Source: Squalus acanthias
Lineage: Eukaryota
Reading direction: 5' to 3'
DNA length: 64,000 nt
Assembly (NCBI GenBank): GCA_030390025.1
Contig: CM059431.1
Coordinates: 140,804,001-140,868,000, forward strand
Shown here piece by piece: positions 61,810 through 64,000 of this stretch. The stretch's first letter is position 1, and each line of letters begins with the position of its first letter. Below the pieces are notes generated by a model. The model had not been told where the DNA came from. It saw only the letters and a program-made list of their open reading frames with translations, and did not search any database. The translations under genes were made by a program, and so were the position numbers.

Positions 61810-64000
61810 AGAGATGTGTTTCAAATTATGGGCGGCTGGGACAGGGTAGATAGACGCAGGCTGTTTTCAGCAGTTGAATTAACACGCACCGAGGAGCCAA
61901 TTAATGTAATTTTCACGGTTTCTCAAGCCCAGAATGATGGAATCCGGTATCAAACATCTAATAGAAAGAGGAAAAGAAAAGGAGACATTTCAGCTCTGTG
62001 TATGAAGGTTAACCGGCCAACGATGCTGAACATTCACTTGTTTACCGCACACATTGGCTGATTCAGTTCCAGTAAGTGAAAGCCGGAGCCTGATGGTCAT
62101 GGGTGTGAAAATCCTTATCAAGGCCCATACTGTTACTGATTAACTGGAGCATATCTCCAGATTTTATAGTCATTGCTCTGCGGTTAATAAATGATCATCA
62201 CTGGAAAATAACCTGTAACCAGTCATTTGACGGGAAGTGTAGAAATCTAGTTTATGCAGGTCAGATTATTAAATACCGAGATCAATAGAGCTGCGATCCT
62301 AATATAGGTCATTCCCATAGAGATAGAATCGGGAAAAATGAACAGCTAAAAATCGAAAGGTAGATAATACCAGAACAGTGTTGTGTTAACACAAAGAGTT
62401 CACTGTGCCCTTCCCTCTGGTGTTTGATCCCAATAAACTAACAGCGATCTTTGTTCCTCGCTCTCTGTGCCCTTATATATCCGATAATAAACAGGTTTTA
62501 TGGTGAGCAATATACTCAAATTGAGTTCACGGATATGAATCGGAATACAGAACGAGGTTTTCCTGCGGGATTTTCTGAAGCGCAGATGGAAGAGATGGGG
62601 GAAATATAATCGTTTTGACCAAACAAATGATTAATTACTTTTGAAAAAGATCAGTCATTCATCAGAATAATTCAAACAGAATGAGACCGTGTGTGATTCA
62701 GATCGAGCCCTGCACCAGTGGAAAGGGCGGGGAGGAATTGTACTGATCATGCTGAAGTTCGGGTTTAGGACTGTGATGTGTAACTGATCTTTACCCAGGG
62801 TGTGTTCATTAAACTGTATAACCCACAATCCTGACTTACCCGGACTCTCTGGAACCAGAATAAGGGACCGCAGCACAAGATAAGGACCCGGAATATACTG
62901 AGCACCATTATAGTGTTTTATTGTAGCAAAACTGACCCAGTGCCATTTTCTGGTGCAGTACTTCAATCAGTGAAAAGTTGAGGTATCAACATTGGATCAG
63001 GTCAGAAAACATTGTTTTATTTTTTAAATTGCAGCAGCGACATTTAACAGAATAAAACTTCCAAAAGTAACCACACACATTAACATTATGCTGTTGGAAA
63101 TATTATTGAAATAGATTTCTAGTTTATGACATGCTTTTGAATAAACAGTTAGAGATCGAGACATTTCAACATAAAACACAGCCCCGAACCATCACTGAAA
63201 TCCAGTATATCCAGGCACGGAAGGTTTCCTCTTTGACCCACATTGACCTTAGGATGCTGGGACTCATTGCGGCCAAACCGAGGCAAATGCTGCCTTGTTG
63301 TCGAGGCGAGTTACGGTCCCGCTATTGATGCGTCCATCCGTCACTCTGCTGATCAGTGTGGGGAGGCTGGTAGAGCGGTAATTGGCCTGATTCCGTCTGT
63401 CTTTAATTTTGTGGATAGGACATTGCTGGTTATCCAAATCATATCTATAAGGAGGTAAAATTTCACTTGTACAGTCAAACAACCATGTTCTGCATGTGCG
63501 GTAAGATCAGTGTAAAGCTAAAGGAAGTCACTCACTAATGAGAAGAAAAATAGTAATCCTGAGGACTGGGGGAAACATAGAAAAGAACAAAGAATGCAAA
63601 GGAAATATTAAGAGCAGCGAAAAGGGAATACGAAACACTTTGCAATTAATATAATAGCTAATATTAAAAATTAATATATTTGTTAAGATTGAGAAAGTGA
63701 CTGAGGGAGATGTGGACCATTAATGACAAACACAGATGATACGGTAATAGCTAACAACAAGGTAACAGGAGATTTTTTTAACGAATATTTTGTGTCAGTT
63801 TTCATAATAAATGAAATGGAAAAAATGCCAGTTCGATAAGGCAAAAATAATTAAATGAAGGAGAGGAATTTACTGTGTACATAATCGTAAAAATGTTGCT
63901 GGAGAAAATATTGGAAGTTTGGATAGATAAATCTCTCACACCTGATGATTTGCACCTAAGGTTATTGAAAAAAGTCGGGTGGAAATTGCAGAAGCGTTAG
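61810..64000 (+). repeat. Direct segmental duplication, right copy (unit copy D; runs off the window)
   Basis: Collinear with 56850-59060. Confidence 0.92.

Overview
Eukaryotic, repeat-dense, gene-poor window, most likely from a cartilaginous fish (inferred from the CR1 LINE, DeuSINE and Penelope-type repeats; no host protein-coding gene is supported). Positions 1-16.26 kb are a 40-bp tandem satellite with signs of a ~2.6-kb higher-order period. It is followed by a 55-bp minisatellite and a small GC-rich promoter-like island. The rest is a nested mosaic of CR1 LINEs (two young, near-complete copies), a DeuSINE, Penelope-type fragments with minimal hammerhead ribozymes, Harbinger-like MITEs, a G-rich 21/27-bp minisatellite, a decayed endogenous retrovirus split by a CR1, a probable solo LTR, and one intact, very young Ty3/Gypsy element. 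That element has apparently identical 194-bp LTRs, a CATCC target-site duplication and a single 1318-aa Gag-Pol ORF. It lacks a tRNA primer-binding site; the PBS position is instead an 11-nt perfect complement of its own LTR (candidate self-priming), and its RT motif is YLDN. An unexplained ~1.5-2-kb unit with shared splice-like signals occurs four times (one copy inverted, ~40 kb from the others).
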